64,000 nucleotides of DNA. Source: Utricularia gibba (lineage: Eukaryota; Plantae; Magnoliophyta). Location: positions 5,580,001 through 5,644,000 of the forward strand of contig NEEC01000004.1 of NCBI GenBank assembly GCA_002189035.1, in the 5' to 3' direction. The notes beneath the pieces are model-generated. The model ran no database searches and was not told where the DNA came from. It worked only from the letters and a program-made list of their open reading frames with translations. How positions within the stretch are numbered: the stretch's first letter is position 1; every line of letters begins with the position of its first letter. The position numbers were made by a program, and so were the translations under genes. This document shows positions 37,755 through 54,500 of this stretch, piece by piece.

Positions 37755-40529
37755 TTATTCAGAGTCGACCAACAGATCATCAAATGCAACGAGAGATTTC
37801 AGCTGCTGGCTCAGGGAAGCAATTGTCTTCTGGCACTCGGCGAAATTACGGGCGACTACCTCAAGTTCTTTGTCCTGCATCAATGATGATTGGCAGGCAG
37901 AATGATTACTTGTGAAACCAAATTAGTTAGAGCCTTGAAGAGTTGAAGGAGACTTAAGTTCGATGATGTGTCAACCGAAACCAAATTATCATGTACCTGC
38001 GTGAGTCGACACTCTGCTAAGATGACTGGTTTCTGGGACTGAGAGTCTTGCTGCATTCTTGATATTTCAGCTTCTAATCTGATACACTTAGCGGCTGCTT
38101 CTCTCGAAAACTGGCTTTCCTTCTCCACTTGTTTTTCTAGGTTAGAGATTGTGGACTGCAATGTCTGAAGCTTGATTTCCATCTCATTCACTTGTTTTTC
38201 TGCCTCCATTTTCTTCATCTTCGTGTCCTCCAGTTGCATCTTAGTGATTCTAATCTCTTCCGCAAGCGCTGATGTCTCTGACTGAGAATCAGATTTCATT
38301 TTTGGGATTTCAACTTCCAAAGTGTTGCAAGTTGCTGCAGCTTGCTCACAAGCTTTTACCTCGATGACTGACTCTGATTCTGCCTTTTTGCTTGCATCCT
38401 CGAGCTGCATCGCTAATTCGTTTTTTACAGCAATTGCTTCATTCAGCTGAAAATGGAATCTTTGAGACTTTTTCTCAGCTTCATCAAGAAGCTTAGTCAT
38501 GTTCTCGAGCTTTATCACTGAATCAGCTAGTTCTTTACTAATTTCCTTCTTCTCTTCGTCAGCCAGTGTGAGCTGCTTTTCCATATCAATTAATTTTTCT
38601 TCAGTTCGTTTGAGGTGATTCATGGACACCTTGAGCTCACTTTGGCACTTACCCAGAGCAATCTTCAGACTGAGTTTATCAGCAGTCACACTCCTTAAAT
38701 TTTCCTCCAGCTCAGTTGTTCTCATAATTCCATGTTCCTCTTCACACTGCAGAGCATTTTCGGTAGCTAGGAGACATCCAGGTTGTGTCTCCGGGAAGGC
38801 TGCTGCTAGCCTCTCCATTTCCAGAAAATCATCCATCACATCAATCTCCACAGAAGTAACTGTCGTGCTTCCGACTGCTGTTCCATTCGTAAGCTGTTTC
38901 AAGTCTATCGCAGAGGATAAGTTAGCAGCACAATGCTCATTATCTATTGGCTCTGGTACACATGACTTGCAGATATCATTGTCAATATACAGTATCCTCT
39001 CTCCACTGTCTGATTGACTGTCTGTGAATGATTCCGCACACACTGATGATTCAGTCACTGAGTGGCTATTGCTGAGACGAGCTGCTTTTCGGGCCACTGA
39101 TTTCAATCTACGGCACTCTGCTTCAAGCTTTGCCACCTTCTTGATGGTGTCAATGTAAAGCTTGCTAGTGTTTTCTGCGGTTTGAATGCTCAGATCTCTC
39201 TCCTTGGCCCTCCTCTCCAGCTCCTGATCTTGTGACAGCAACTGGAGTTTGAGGATTGAGTTCTCTTTCTCAAGAGCTTCAAGCTTGGAGCAGGCATAAG
39301 CATCAGGCAAGGTGATGTTGGTATTCACCTTTGCAGTTTCAAGTTGGGAAAGGAGCGCGGCGAGCTGCGTTTCGAGCTCAGAGGTTTTCGACTCCCACTC
39401 ACTGTTTCTCTTGGCCACCGCATCGGAAATTTTATCTTCTTGATCGTCTCTTGCTTGCCGAAGCTGTTGCAGACACTCTTTCAGGGCTCCATCAAGATGG
39501 CCAACACGTTCATCAAGGATTAATTTCTCCTGGACTGCGGCATCATTCAGCTTCTTCAGAGCTAATACTTCACTCTCAGCCCTCTCCCAGCCTACAACAA
39601 GAGAAATTTCATCTCAGTTTTGCAAGCCTTGGCATTTCTGTTGGCAGCAATGATACCTGATACAGCTTCTTCTGCAACTCTGGCATGCTGCTTAACCAAC
39701 TCATCCTTGGCACGGATAGTAAGAAGCGCTTCAGATAATTGAGCCTCCAAAGAGGGACTTTGGCTGCTGGCTTCTTCACGGTCCTCTGGGCATTGGCGGT
39801 TACCATGATCTGACGCTGCCTGTACAAACATGCGTTTCAGAATAGAGTGCTCACCCCCAAAACACAACAAAATGAGAACCCATTTTGCTACGATACACAT
39901 AAAATCAAAAGTTGGTTGAATCAGATAAAAACACAGTCGCTATGGAGGTAAGTAACTAAGTGCTGTGGCTGGAATAAAAAAGGGTGGCTTTTTTTTAGGG
40001 GGGAAAAGAAAAGAAAGAGGTTGTCAGTTGTGGTCCATCTTCAACAAGAAACCCGCACTATCTGGTCCCTTCGTTTCTAGACTGCAACTCACTACAACTC
40101 CAGATCTATATCTAGATTCCATTGCTTGTAATTGTGAGTCACGGAGGAATTTAATGGGTCAAGTTAGTCAATAAACATGCTGATTACAGAGTCCAGAAAT
40201 ACAGCCATCCCTACGACACGGATTCCAGTTCCACTGGAAGGAGAAAAGAAGACGAAGAAGAAAATGAAAGGTAAGGCATCCTTGTTATCAACCACACGAC
40301 CAGGGAAATGAATAGTTTTATAGTATGATGGAAGATCTAGCTAGCATCAAAACCATTTAAGGATGGATGGTTTCCTTGCGAGAAAGTGGTATGCATGAGA
40401 AAGAGCCGGTTTTTGCCAGCGAACCTGATCATCGGAATGTGACAACGAGGACTTTGAAGCATCGTGGGTTTCACCACTTGGAGTCTCTTCCGAGGGATTC
40501 CGCTGCTGGTGCCAACTTCTCTGATCCAT
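37755..40529 (-). CDS. FPP: Filament-like plant protein (DUF869; FPP/VETH type), 4 coding exons
   Basis: MDQRSW..SDDQ|, KDELVKQHARVAEEAVSG|WERAESE, HLDGALKECLQQLRQARDDQE, LEAECRRLKSVARK, MDDFLEMERLAA, last exon DKELEVVARNFAECQKTIASLSQQLKSL. Confidence 0.9.
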
Positions 40530-42065
40530 CTATCTCTTCAAACCGTCCTTGGTCATCTGGTCTGCTTTTAACCCTCAAGAATTAGCCAGCATAATGACAA
40601 CGGAATGGTGGGTGTGGCGAAAGATTTTTTTCTTTTTCTTTTGTGAATACAAACGAAAATCCTGGAGATCGATTCATTGGGAATGGAGCAGGAAAACTAT
40701 AAAGAAGACAAACCCCAACAACAAGCCCTTCATATAAAACTCAAATTTCTCATGAAATAAATGGTGGGCACAAGGCGTTTTCTCACTGTTTGTGTGTCAG
40801 GAGTCGTCACACACAAATGTTAAAAAGTTAAGCTTACGCCCAGAGCCGAAGCATGAAGCCAGGGGAGAGCACAGAAGATGAGAGGGGAGAGGGAGTGAGA
40901 GAAGGCTGGGGTGGGTACCGTACATGGGAGGGATATCATCGTCACCCTTTAAAGGGATGGATGCTGCATTAAGAGGCACACAACACCAGGCATTATGAAT
41001 CAGTAAATAAATAAATAAGCGCGACCCACTTTACTCACTCCCCCCTACCCATCGCCATGGCTAGTTGGCTACTTTAAGGAGCCCACGCAGAAATAGTGAA
41101 ACTAAAGCCATGAGACTCTTTCTCAAACCAACTCATCCAGTGTTTTTTTTTTCTCCTTTTTGGTTATGGGTATTCATTCATTCATAACATCACTGGAGAG
41201 ATAAAGAAGGAAAACAACCTTTGGCATCTTTTCATCTCATTTCTACACGTGAGAAGAAATCATTTATGGCAAGGTGAGAAGCAATCTCTAACACCAGGAA
41301 TAGGAAATAATTTGTTCCGCCGTTCTGATTCCTGCCTCCCTTGCTGGCTGTTGGATTCTTTTCTTCAGAGGAAGGAAAATAAGGAAATTAACGAACCCTG
41401 CCGGCCCTCCTCTCTCAGGATTCCTGTACAGTTTTGGATGGATGATAGGCGAGAATTTGGACAGAAGTGGAAGACTACTATTCTAAACCACCACTGTGAA
41501 AGGGAACGCTCGGTTCCAAGTCGTAGCATCCCATTCCATCATGGATAAGCTCTAAACATGATCAAGACGCGTGATAACATCTAAAAGTAAAGGCATCAAC
41601 CTCCCCCAAAAGCTAATTTTCAAATGGGTAGTTCAAGCTCAACCCCTGTATATCTACACTGTGGATTACACGACGAATTTCCGAAGGAATTTGGTCCATC
41701 AAACACGCAAAGTTAGGGAGAGAAGTTCATTCATATTCTAGGAGTATTATACTACTTGATAGGTATCAGAGTTCAATTTCGTGTGTGAGCTTTAAGGGGT
41801 TGGTTATTTAGCTTTTCAGAAGTGATCATATGACAACCTTCAAGGCTTGTTCTTGAAAGTTTTCCTGCCAAACATGAGTCGAAGGAAAAACATTTTACAA
41901 CAGTAAAATCATTTATTTATCGCACGTCAGGTCAGGAAAATTCTGAAACAATCTGATGCTTTCCAGTAGTTGGGTTTTCCTTTGCTGTTGGACAAGCCTC
42001 CTATCTTACTGTAGAAAAAAAAAAAAAAAACAAGCTGCTGCGCTCCCTGCTATCTGCTAGCCAGC

Positions 42066-44743
42066 CTACATTTCCAGGTCTTCCAGCTCAGGAAGTGGGA
42101 AACGGAGAATAGCAGCAACTCCAGTCAGCTGTGCAAGTTCTGTAAATCCAATCCACACAAGAAACAATAAGCAACAACAAAATGCACAAACAAACCGAGC
42201 CCCTTATCTTCGGAGTGACGACTCACGTTCTCCTGAAACATGCATGGATGACAAGATGTACGCTTCACCTTTTGACGCCCTCACCGACTCCACCAGATTT
42301 ACGTATTTCTGCCTTACTGCCACATCACCACTCCTGGTGCAGGAACCACGGACAAATCTCGTTTAGACAAATTTTACTTTCATTCTCGTCTTCCTACCGC
42401 AGTTAGAGAAAATACCAACCTGAAAAGCTCATCGGTCAACAGTAGTGTGTCGATTGCCAATTGCTCATGCGCAACATCTACATGCTTTGGTCCGTAGCAT
42501 GCACGATTAGGATCCTAAAATAAAGTAAAGAAAATGATGGTTATCACAATAACATAAGCGCACAAAGACAAGAGGTTGTCCACATTCTCGATAACCAAAG
42601 CAGCTTCGTATATCACCAAATTCTGGTACTTGTATTTGGAACACAGATGAAGAGTAGAGTATGACCTTGGAAAGTATGGAAAAGAAGTTCTTGAGGGCTT
42701 GAACCTGCATCGGGAAAAACGAAAATTTTATGAAGAATGATCAACTCTAGAAAAAAAAAAGGAACTACCTCTTTAGCAGCCTTTGTATCCTTGATGATAT
42801 TCATCACATTTGGAGCCTCCAGAACCTCTCTCAAGCAATGCCTTTTTGCCGATAGAAACAAAAAACGCACAGAGTTATCAGCTTTGTAAGAAATAAAAAA
42901 GAATGACTGTTGTAGTAAGATCTCTAAGAAAATGAAACTGCTCGTACTTATATCCTGATGTAGTAGGAACAAGCACAATCCGTGACTTATTCTCAATTAT
43001 AGGTCTTAGTTGCTTCCTCTCTGCCTCTAGCAGTAAGTGCCGATGAAATTGGTCCTGAACAGAATTTCCATAGAAAACATGCATATCCTTATAGCCCAAA
43101 CCTTCATCCAAGTTGTGATAAATTAAAGACTCAAAAGAACTTCTGATGGACAACCTTCGTAAATCCAGGGCTGGCAATAACAGCACACCGAACAATACTG
43201 AAGTCAATGTGTTTCAGAAAGGCCTGAAGTGCAGTAGTGGTTATTCAATTTCAGAAGTTGAAGGCATGAATAGAATGGAGAAAAATAAAATGGTAAGCAG
43301 ATATTACAGTGATACCTGCATGACGTTGTTGAAGAATTTGTTTAATGCCTGTATAACCAAGAGGAAAATTACGGAATTCGGTCGGGGGGAGCGGAGAGCG
43401 GTAGTGGGGGAGCATCAGACTGCTATACCTTATCATAACCAGCAATAGCAGGTCCATGCTTTCGTGGTATTGAAGCTTCTATACGTGAACGGGTGGTTGT
43501 GACGCTATTGAAAGATAAAAACAACCATAAGAAAAAACTCATCAACAAATAAACTTCAGATATTGCCATTTCTTGGGCAACATAACTTGATATGAATTAC
43601 CTCTTTCCAACTAGAAAGAGATGAGCTAATCCTTCTTGCATCAAAACAACAGCTAAATCCGCACTCGCTTTAGGATCTGCAATAGGATTAAGCCGGACAG
43701 AAAAAAGATAGGATTAGATAAGATTATGTAAACACAACCTCCAAATTAATCAACCATCTACCAGATGCTTGGTTAAGCTCATCCAACGCTACAGAGTCCC
43801 ATAGGTCCTGGTTAAGAAAATTTTATAAACCAAACCAGGCCACCTCATTAAATCCGCCTTTCAAAATGTGAAGCGGCTAGTTGTCAGGAAAAACAAAATA
43901 TAGGTTTCCACCTTCTTCAAAGCGAAAGGTCTGTGAAGTTCAATTTCCAGAGTGTGAAATGCTCCTACCTGAAATAAGAAAACATATCCAGATGTAACTA
44001 GAAGAAGGAGAGAGAAGAAATAGAGGACAATGAATTAAATATAATAAGAGAACACAAGGGTTAAGGCTACCTACTGTGACATGTTCATTCTTCAACATGT
44101 TCTTTCCTCGAATCCGCAATGCAGACCCCTCTTTATCATACTCAATGGCCTGAGCAGTTTCTCATTCAATTAAAAAAAAAAAAAACATACATACAAAGAA
44201 AATGTAAAGGATAATCAAGCATAAAAGGCTTTTCTTCCTTTGCAGACTTTTTTCCAAATATGACAACTCAAGACATAACAGCAAAAATTGCTACCTCAAC
44301 TTTGATTTGAAGTTGAAGTTTTACTCTTTCAGAATCTCTTCCTCCTGAAGCAGCTTCTCTCATAACCTTCCTGCAATATATACTGCGATTGGAATTTCAA
44401 GCCAGCAATGCTAACTTCCGCAAAAAGAAAAAAAAAAAAAAAGCAATCTTGGAAGGCGCACGGAAGGGTAGATATAAAACCCAAGTCACCTGACGGTGGA
44501 ACAGGATACCATGTCACCCTGGGCAATCAAATTATAAGCCAGCCATAAATCATCCGCTTCTTCTGGGGTCATCTAGACGAAACCCATTCACCAAGAACAA
44601 ATCATTAGTTGAATATTTGTTGCCTCAATTCGGCTTACCATATAATGGAAAAAACGTAAATCGTTTAACCCTTCCTCGCCGGGAAAAAGTACCTTCACAC
44701 TTCCTGAACCATCAGGCATGAGATTCTTATGAACAATCTTCAT
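42066..44743 (-). CDS. PEL1: Pelota (Dom34) ribosome-rescue factor, 16 exons
   Basis: [17 protein letters not shown]|[16 protein letters not shown]..|..LRIRGKN..|[25 protein letters not shown]|..ASPGFTK|[18 protein letters not shown]|[24 protein letters not shown]. Confidence 0.95.
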
Positions 44744-45871
44744 CCCCACCACCCCTGCCCTCGGTTTCTTCCTCAGAAACGATGGTGCAAATTTATCATC
44801 AGCCAATGAAAAGACAGAAGGAGATTTATTTACTAAGACAAAGGTTAGACCGCGCCTCGGAGTCGGCTGAGCTCTCCAGAGACAATAGATATTTTCTTTT
44901 TTTCCTTTGTCACCATACCCCAAAAAAGAAAACGTCGAGTGGTGTGGTATTTCTCGAAAGCCAAAGGAGGGTGTATTTCTGGCGTTGAAAGTTGAGCTTT
45001 TTTTTTTTGATACAACAGAATGTCTACTGCAGCGAATTCAGGGTCAACAATTCAAACATGAAGATATAGTAATGTATTATTACAGCATCTAAGAATGTAA
45101 TCTTCTGTTGCCACGCAATTCAACAACCGAATGTGGTAAAAGGAGTTGTTTAAGGGGCGCCTTTTGTATGGACTGGTTGGATGGTTCCCCGCGGGAGAGT
45201 GTGGCGTGGCATTCCTGATCCTGGGTGATGTAATTGCTCAAGGGAAACTGTCGTCTTTACAAGAGTTTTAAAGACAAAACATCTCTTAACAGTCAACAAG
45301 AATGACGACGCGTTTCCATGTCCCGTGTATAGCGCATCAATTAACCGCTATCTTCTCGCTGTCTGTCGAAGTTGAAGTCAATTAATTACTGAGTTCGGGG
45401 GGTATGTGGGCTGAGACTTTTCATTATGGCTTTTGGACCTCGTCCCGACTAGAGATTATCCCTCCCGAGATGGATAGGTACACACTCGCACCTTGATGAA
45501 GCACTGATCTCCCTTTATCAAGATCTCGGCTTTTTTCTTGCTGCTGTTTTCCCCCCTAACTGGTTCAAGGTTAGTTCTTTCTCAACAACACTTTCGCTGT
45601 TGTCCCCTTTTCTGATTTTCAGGTTTCTTGCAGTAGTTTATATTTATGTTCATGTCATAGTAGGCATTACCAGGGTTTCTGATTCTTTGGCTTAAATGCT
45701 TTCCATGCTCGCATCTGCCAATTGAAAACCAGTTCATTTAGTTAGGCTTTTTCTCCCTTCAGGTTTGGTTGGATGGCGGCGGTACTATTGCGATCTTGTT
45801 CATGTCCTATTGGGAATTGAATATTTTTTTTCGGTTACCTTGATTCCCACAATCCATTTGTTCTAGGTAAT

Positions 45872-48542
<2,671 letters not shown>

Positions 48543-49077
48543 CCACTGCAGCCGCCGCAGCGAATTCAACAGTACAAAGCCTCCTCCATTGTTCCCTTCA
48601 GCATGGGCTTTTGGTGTTAACATTGAATAAGTTTGTGAGCAAGCCATGTTTGCACTTTCCCAGGAAATTTATTCAACATGTGGCCCCATCCACACGTCCA
48701 CAAATATGGCATGGCTTGTGGGTAGCCTCCTCCGGAAAAATACCTTCATCAAGAATTCCGTGGCCAGCCCCAAACATATTGATAAATTACCTAAACTATA
48801 GTGTTTGCCTTTCGTCTGAAAAGACAAGATGGGAAAGGAGTTGGACAAGTGAATTGAATGAAGAAACAATATGAGCAACCAACCCAAAAATATATGCACC
48901 TTACAGGTCCTCTATACCTAGCAATCTACGGACCAATGCGAAAATGAAGGACAGTGATTTACAGAATTTAAAAATAGCAACGTGCCACGGCACAATGAGC
49001 GCCCAAAACCCGCAGCAGTGATGAACGCAAAGTTGATAACCAAGGCACCAAATTCTTCCTGTGGCGGTATTCCTTCT

Positions 49078-51095
49078 TTAACCTCGAAGAGAAGCTCGAG
49101 GGACAGCTGGGAAACCCAGTTCATCCTCAGCCTGCCAACGATACAGATTAGTCATTATTCAGAACTGCTTTAATTCTAAAGAGCAATGATCCACTGCAGG
49201 CTTTTGCTGATTCCTAAATGTTAATAGTACCTGCACATTTGCTCGGCCTTGTTGAACGGTAGCATGCCCAGTTGGGGCAGCAGGCAAGTTCAGTTCCGTT
49301 TCCATTTCAGGTTCTTTATCGGGTTGGAGATAAGCGGGGACTCCAGTCTCAGTTTCAAATCCCATGTCCGCTTCCAAAGCATCAAGTTCTGGTGGACAAA
49401 TAGAGAATTACAATCCAAAAAGGAATCTTCTACAATGCTTCCAAACATAGAAAAAAGATATTGGCTAGAAGATCACTCCAACGCATCACGCTTATGATGA
49501 CTGTTTAAAATTGGCGTGCACATTTGGATTAGAAAATAACTAACCACCCAAGAGTTCATCCTCATCGATGTCATCAGGTACATTATAGCTCCTACCAAGC
49601 GACTCTTGGATTTCGTTACTCACATCCATAAGATCCATCATCTCATCTTGCAAGTTCTATGTTTAGCAAGCAATATCGTCAGCATCAGATACAAACTAAC
49701 ATAGGAAAAAATGTGAAGCACTGAAATGAGATACAAACATCTATGTCTTGAATTTTTACGGTCTTCATCATTCCCTTCAGCTCTTTGTTTGCTGACTTCA
49801 ATGCAGACATCTGGAAATAACACGGAAAAATTATGTATCTGAAAGGGAAAGCAAGAAACAGCACCTAAGATTCTAATTTAGCAGGCATAGAGAAAAAAAA
49901 TCTGATGCAAGTGAGGTGCATAAAGTATCAAAAAAATAGAAAACTACATGTTGTTTCTCCTATCTCTATGGAGATAGAAGTAGGCATCAGGTCCTACTCA
50001 CGTTAGAGGATAAGCCCGCCCACTTAGTTTTGAATTTACACTCTTAAGCAGCTACCAAAGAAACTTGTCTACTGTAAATTTCACCCAATTAAGGTTGAAA
50101 ATTGGTACGAAAAGCAACTTTCATAGAAAGATGTGACTGAAGACTCAGCTATGGGAAATGAAAATATATTATCTTAAGATATAAGCTAATAGATTAATAC
50201 GCTCACCAACAACTAATTGGTTTGAAGATGCTCTTAGTGGGAATAAGAGATTTTAATCATATTCCCATACGAATATGAATCTCAACTGTTTTACTCTTTA
50301 AAAGTAGTAAAGAAAAAAAAAACATAGTAAAAGAGTCAACGATCATAGGTATTCAAGGGAGAAGAGGTTTGCATACTGTTTGTTGTGCATCTTTGATCCC
50401 CTCAGCAGCAAAGGCAACTTGATCAAGATTAAAAGTCTGATTGTAAAGCATATCACGCTGACCTTCATACCTGAAAAGCTCAAACAAAAGAGCTCGGCAT
50501 GATACATACAGTTGTATGCAAAAAAAAAAAAAAAAAAAAACTCGGAAATGCATTTATACTTTTCGCAACTGATGGTCAGGTGGATGACTATCTTAATTGT
50601 ATAAGCCAATATACAAGTGAGGAAATAATCGAGCAGCTTCCACAATGACAAAAAAAGAGAATTTTGCGTAAGAAGCAGCTGTTTACATTCTTTTTTGCTT
50701 CAAAACCCTCATAGCCCTTGCTTTAACTGCTTCTTGGGCAGGTCCTGGTCTAGTCCTTTTGATCTGTTCCTTGTACCTTGCAAGTTCCGCATCAAGTTTC
50801 TTAATCTTTTCATCAACATTTTCACCTCTCTTATTTATCTGTTGAGGATTAAAGGGATCCAACATTGATAAAACAACCCAATGAATGCAAGCGATTTTCC
50901 AAATGTGCAAAACCCTCCATAAACCACAAGAAATAAAAAAACAGAGTGAAAATAAGAGTGCGCCAAAAGAAGCAGTAGAGGAGATATTCTTTTAGAAGAT
51001 GAAAAGAAAAAAGAAATCTTGCATACGCTATCAGAGGCATCCTGAACGGAAGGTGGAGGTTCTTTGTTTTTCTTCGCTCCGAACACCCTCTTCAT
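49078..51095 (-). CDS. VPS60: VPS60/CHMP5, ESCRT-III-associated Snf7-family protein
   Basis: MKRVFGAKKNKEPPPS..|INKRGENVDEKIKKLDAEL..VLKQKRM|YEGQRDMLYNQTFNLDQ..|MSALKSANKELK..|..GRSYNVPDDIDEDELLGE|LDALE..|AEDELGFPAVPRASLRG. Confidence 0.95.
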
Positions 51096-51585
51096 CTTCT
51101 CCGGTCTTCGAGGGGTTGGATCGGGATCTAGAGCTTGAAGATCAATAAAAAGAAAGAAGAAATCTTTAGCGACGGTAAGATGTAGAAAACGATGACCAGA
51201 ACGCGGAAATCGTAAGGATGACGGGGGACGACGACGAGAGATCGGGTCAGAAGAGTAGAAGTGGGCCAAATAGCTTAGGCACCAACACTGGAAATAAAAA
51301 AAAAAAAATAGTCGGCGTAATTGTGTATCATATTTTATCCTAGCCTAGAACCGAACCCAAACCATTTTATTAAAAGGTGCGTTGGAAAATTAACGGTTAA
51401 ATCACGATTTCACATATTCTAACTCAACCGGATGTCGTTAGGGGTCCCCAAATGTAATTTTGGAAAATTACGGGGTACCTGATTCTTTTCTTTTCTACTT
51501 CTTGACTCTCTGGGCTCTCCTTGTCCGCTCCGCTGGTTCTCTCGCTTCATAATACTTCAACTTCCAAGGGAACGCAGCACAACAC

Positions 51586-54500
51586 ATGGGAGTTCCGGTG
51601 AGAGGATATGGGGGAGGGGCTGACGCCCTTAGCGACAGAGCTGCGCAGATGAGGGAGGCTCTTGTCAAGAGTCAGTCAATTACAGACAATATGGTTTCCA
51701 TTTTAGGATCCTTTGATCATCGCCTCTCTGCCCTTGAAAATGCGATGCGTCCTACTCAAGTAAGGGCCCTGCCTTACCTTTCATTCTTTTGATCCTTTGC
51801 TCTCCAGTCTTTTTTTTTTCTTTTCTTCTTGGTTAGTGTGAATACCTGAAACTTCCCCCAGTGTTGCATTTTGCGTTGTCATTTTCTGAGGCCACAGTGA
51901 GTCAGTCGGATATATGTGTATTGAATCAGTTGGTATTAGCTGCTTGAACTAATTTTCTTCTATCTGCTAAATGATCGAATGGTGGAATGGGATGAGCAGA
52001 ATTAAATCAACAATTTAAAGTTTCCTTGATCTGTCTTTCCAGCTTGGCTGCCCTGTTGGAATATGATATGGATTGATCCCATTTTATGCTGTTGTATTCC
52101 GTTGCCTTGTAACTTAGGGGATGACTGAACGCTTTTGTCGAAGTGAAAACAAGCTTCCCATGTTCCAATCCAAGTTTCTTTATGGTTTATTTTGGGCATT
52201 CCTCCCAGACCTTCTCTTGGCCACAGTCACCATATTTTTCCAAACTTACCCATGATCAGCCAGTGGTCTCTACATGTCACAGACACTGGCGAACCGTGAG
52301 AAGTATGACTATCTCCATATGCCACCATATTTTTCCAACTTACCCATTATCAGCCAGTGGTCTCAGCGTGTCACAGACACTGGCGAACCGTGAGAAGAAA
52401 AAAATATCTCCGTGTGCTTAAGATCAAGAAAAACATGTCCCTGTGTAACAACAAGCTTATTATATTGACTAATTTGAAAGAAGGCTTCAATAGGCTATTT
52501 TTTTCCTCTTCTGTTTCCATTATGCTCTCTTCATTTTGGAATTTTGTGGATTGTGTTCATGTTCTTTTTTTCCTTTTTTTAGATTAGAACACATGCCATT
52601 CGCAGAGCTCACGAGAACATTGACAAAACTTTGAAGGCTGCTGAGGTCATATTATCAAGATTTGATCTTTCTCGTCAGGTACTATTCATGCGATGGCTTT
52701 TATATTGACATGTTATTTTCTCCTCTGTGCTTAATTATCGTAAACATCCATATGCCGAAATCTGTTTTTCCTCTAGGCTGAGGCAAAGATACTTAAAGGG
52801 CCACATGACGACCTTGAAAGTTATCTTGAAGCAATTGATCAATTACGTAGCAACATTCATTTTTTTAGCAACAACAAAAGCTTCAAGAGCAGCGATGGAG
52901 TAATCATTCATACCAATAATTTACTTTCCAAAGCAATATCCAGGCTGGAAGAGCAGTTCAAACAACTTTTGTTGTTGTACAGGTTCACTTTTCACTTTGC
53001 AATTTTATTCACATATTCTTCCCTATTTTTGCATGACTGGCTAAGGCAGCATGAGATCCACTATCCAAACATAGAGTACTCATTCAAAATAAAAAATCTC
53101 GTAAGACTATTTGTTTATGTTAGCATTTCTAATTTTGACAGTTGAATTTTATAACTTTTATTATCAGTAAGCCTGTGGAACCTGAACGGCTTTTTGAGTG
53201 CCTTCCAAGTTCTATGCGACCATCATCAGGATCACCTGGTGGAAAAATCCCATCATCCAACAATCTTTCTGAACATTCAAGCAGTGTTACAGAGGGTTCT
53301 GAGTATACTACACCAACCTTAATTCCTCCACGAGTTATGCCTTTGCTGCATGGTTTAGCGCTGCAGATGGTTGAAGCTGTGAATCAGCAACAGCTACAGA
53401 AAATATACAGGTAAATATCTTTATATTTTGATAAGGGTAATGGTCAAATTTTATGTCCATAAAGTGGATGCAACATTTACTGGTTCTTTCCTCAGCAACT
53501 GTATGCTGCGTTTTTGAAAATTGTATTAGCTAAACAAACTCTTTGTTGCACCCATAAAGGGATGCTCGGTCTCCTGTACTAGAAGAAAGTCTTCGCAAAT
53601 TAGGAGTAGAAAGACTCAGTAAAGAAGATGTCCAAAGGATGCAATGGGAAGTGTTGGAAGCAAAAATTGGGAATTGGATCCATTTTATGCGGATTGCTGT
53701 AAGTTTTATTCGTAAGATTTATTTTTCATTAAGCGGGTTTCTGTAAACTGACCCCTGTGCACAAACAGGTTAAACTCCTTTTTGCTGGGGAACGCAAAGT
53801 TTGTGATCAGATTTTTGAGGGCATTGATTCTCTTAGGGATCAATGCTTTGCTGATGTTACTTCAGGAAGTGTTTCTGTGCTACTTAGTTTTGGAGATGCT
53901 ATTGCTAAAAGCAAGAGATCACCTGAAAAGTTATTTGTACTTTTGGATATGTATGAAATCATGAGAGAGCTTCAGTCAGAGGTAAGGCCAGATAGATGCT
54001 CTTGTTGACGGTTTAGGATATTGCAAAACTTGAAGGTTTCCCACTAGTTGTGTTTTTATCCAATGCAGATAGAAGCACTTTTTAGAGGGAAAGCATGCAA
54101 TGAGGTTAGAGAATCTGCTTTGAGTTTGACTACAAGGCTTGCTCAAACAGCACAGGAAACTTTTGGAGACTTCGAAGAAGCAGTTGAGAAGGATGCAACT
54201 AAAACAGCTGTTGCTGATGGGACGGTGCATCCACTGACAAGCTATGTGATCAACTATGTGAAATTCTTGTTTGAGTAAGTTTTCTTCCCAAGTCTTAGTC
54301 AAGTGCTGTTCTTTTTTTCCTATAGATGGTAAATCCAATGTGAACTTGGCATTTTTTATAGTTACCAATCAACCCTGAAGCAGCTTTTCCAAGAGTTTGA
54401 AAATGGGGAGACCTCAAGTTCTCAGTTGGCTGCAGTTACAATGCGAATTATGCAGGCTCTCCAGACCAATTTGGATGGGAAGTCTAAGCAATACAAAGAT

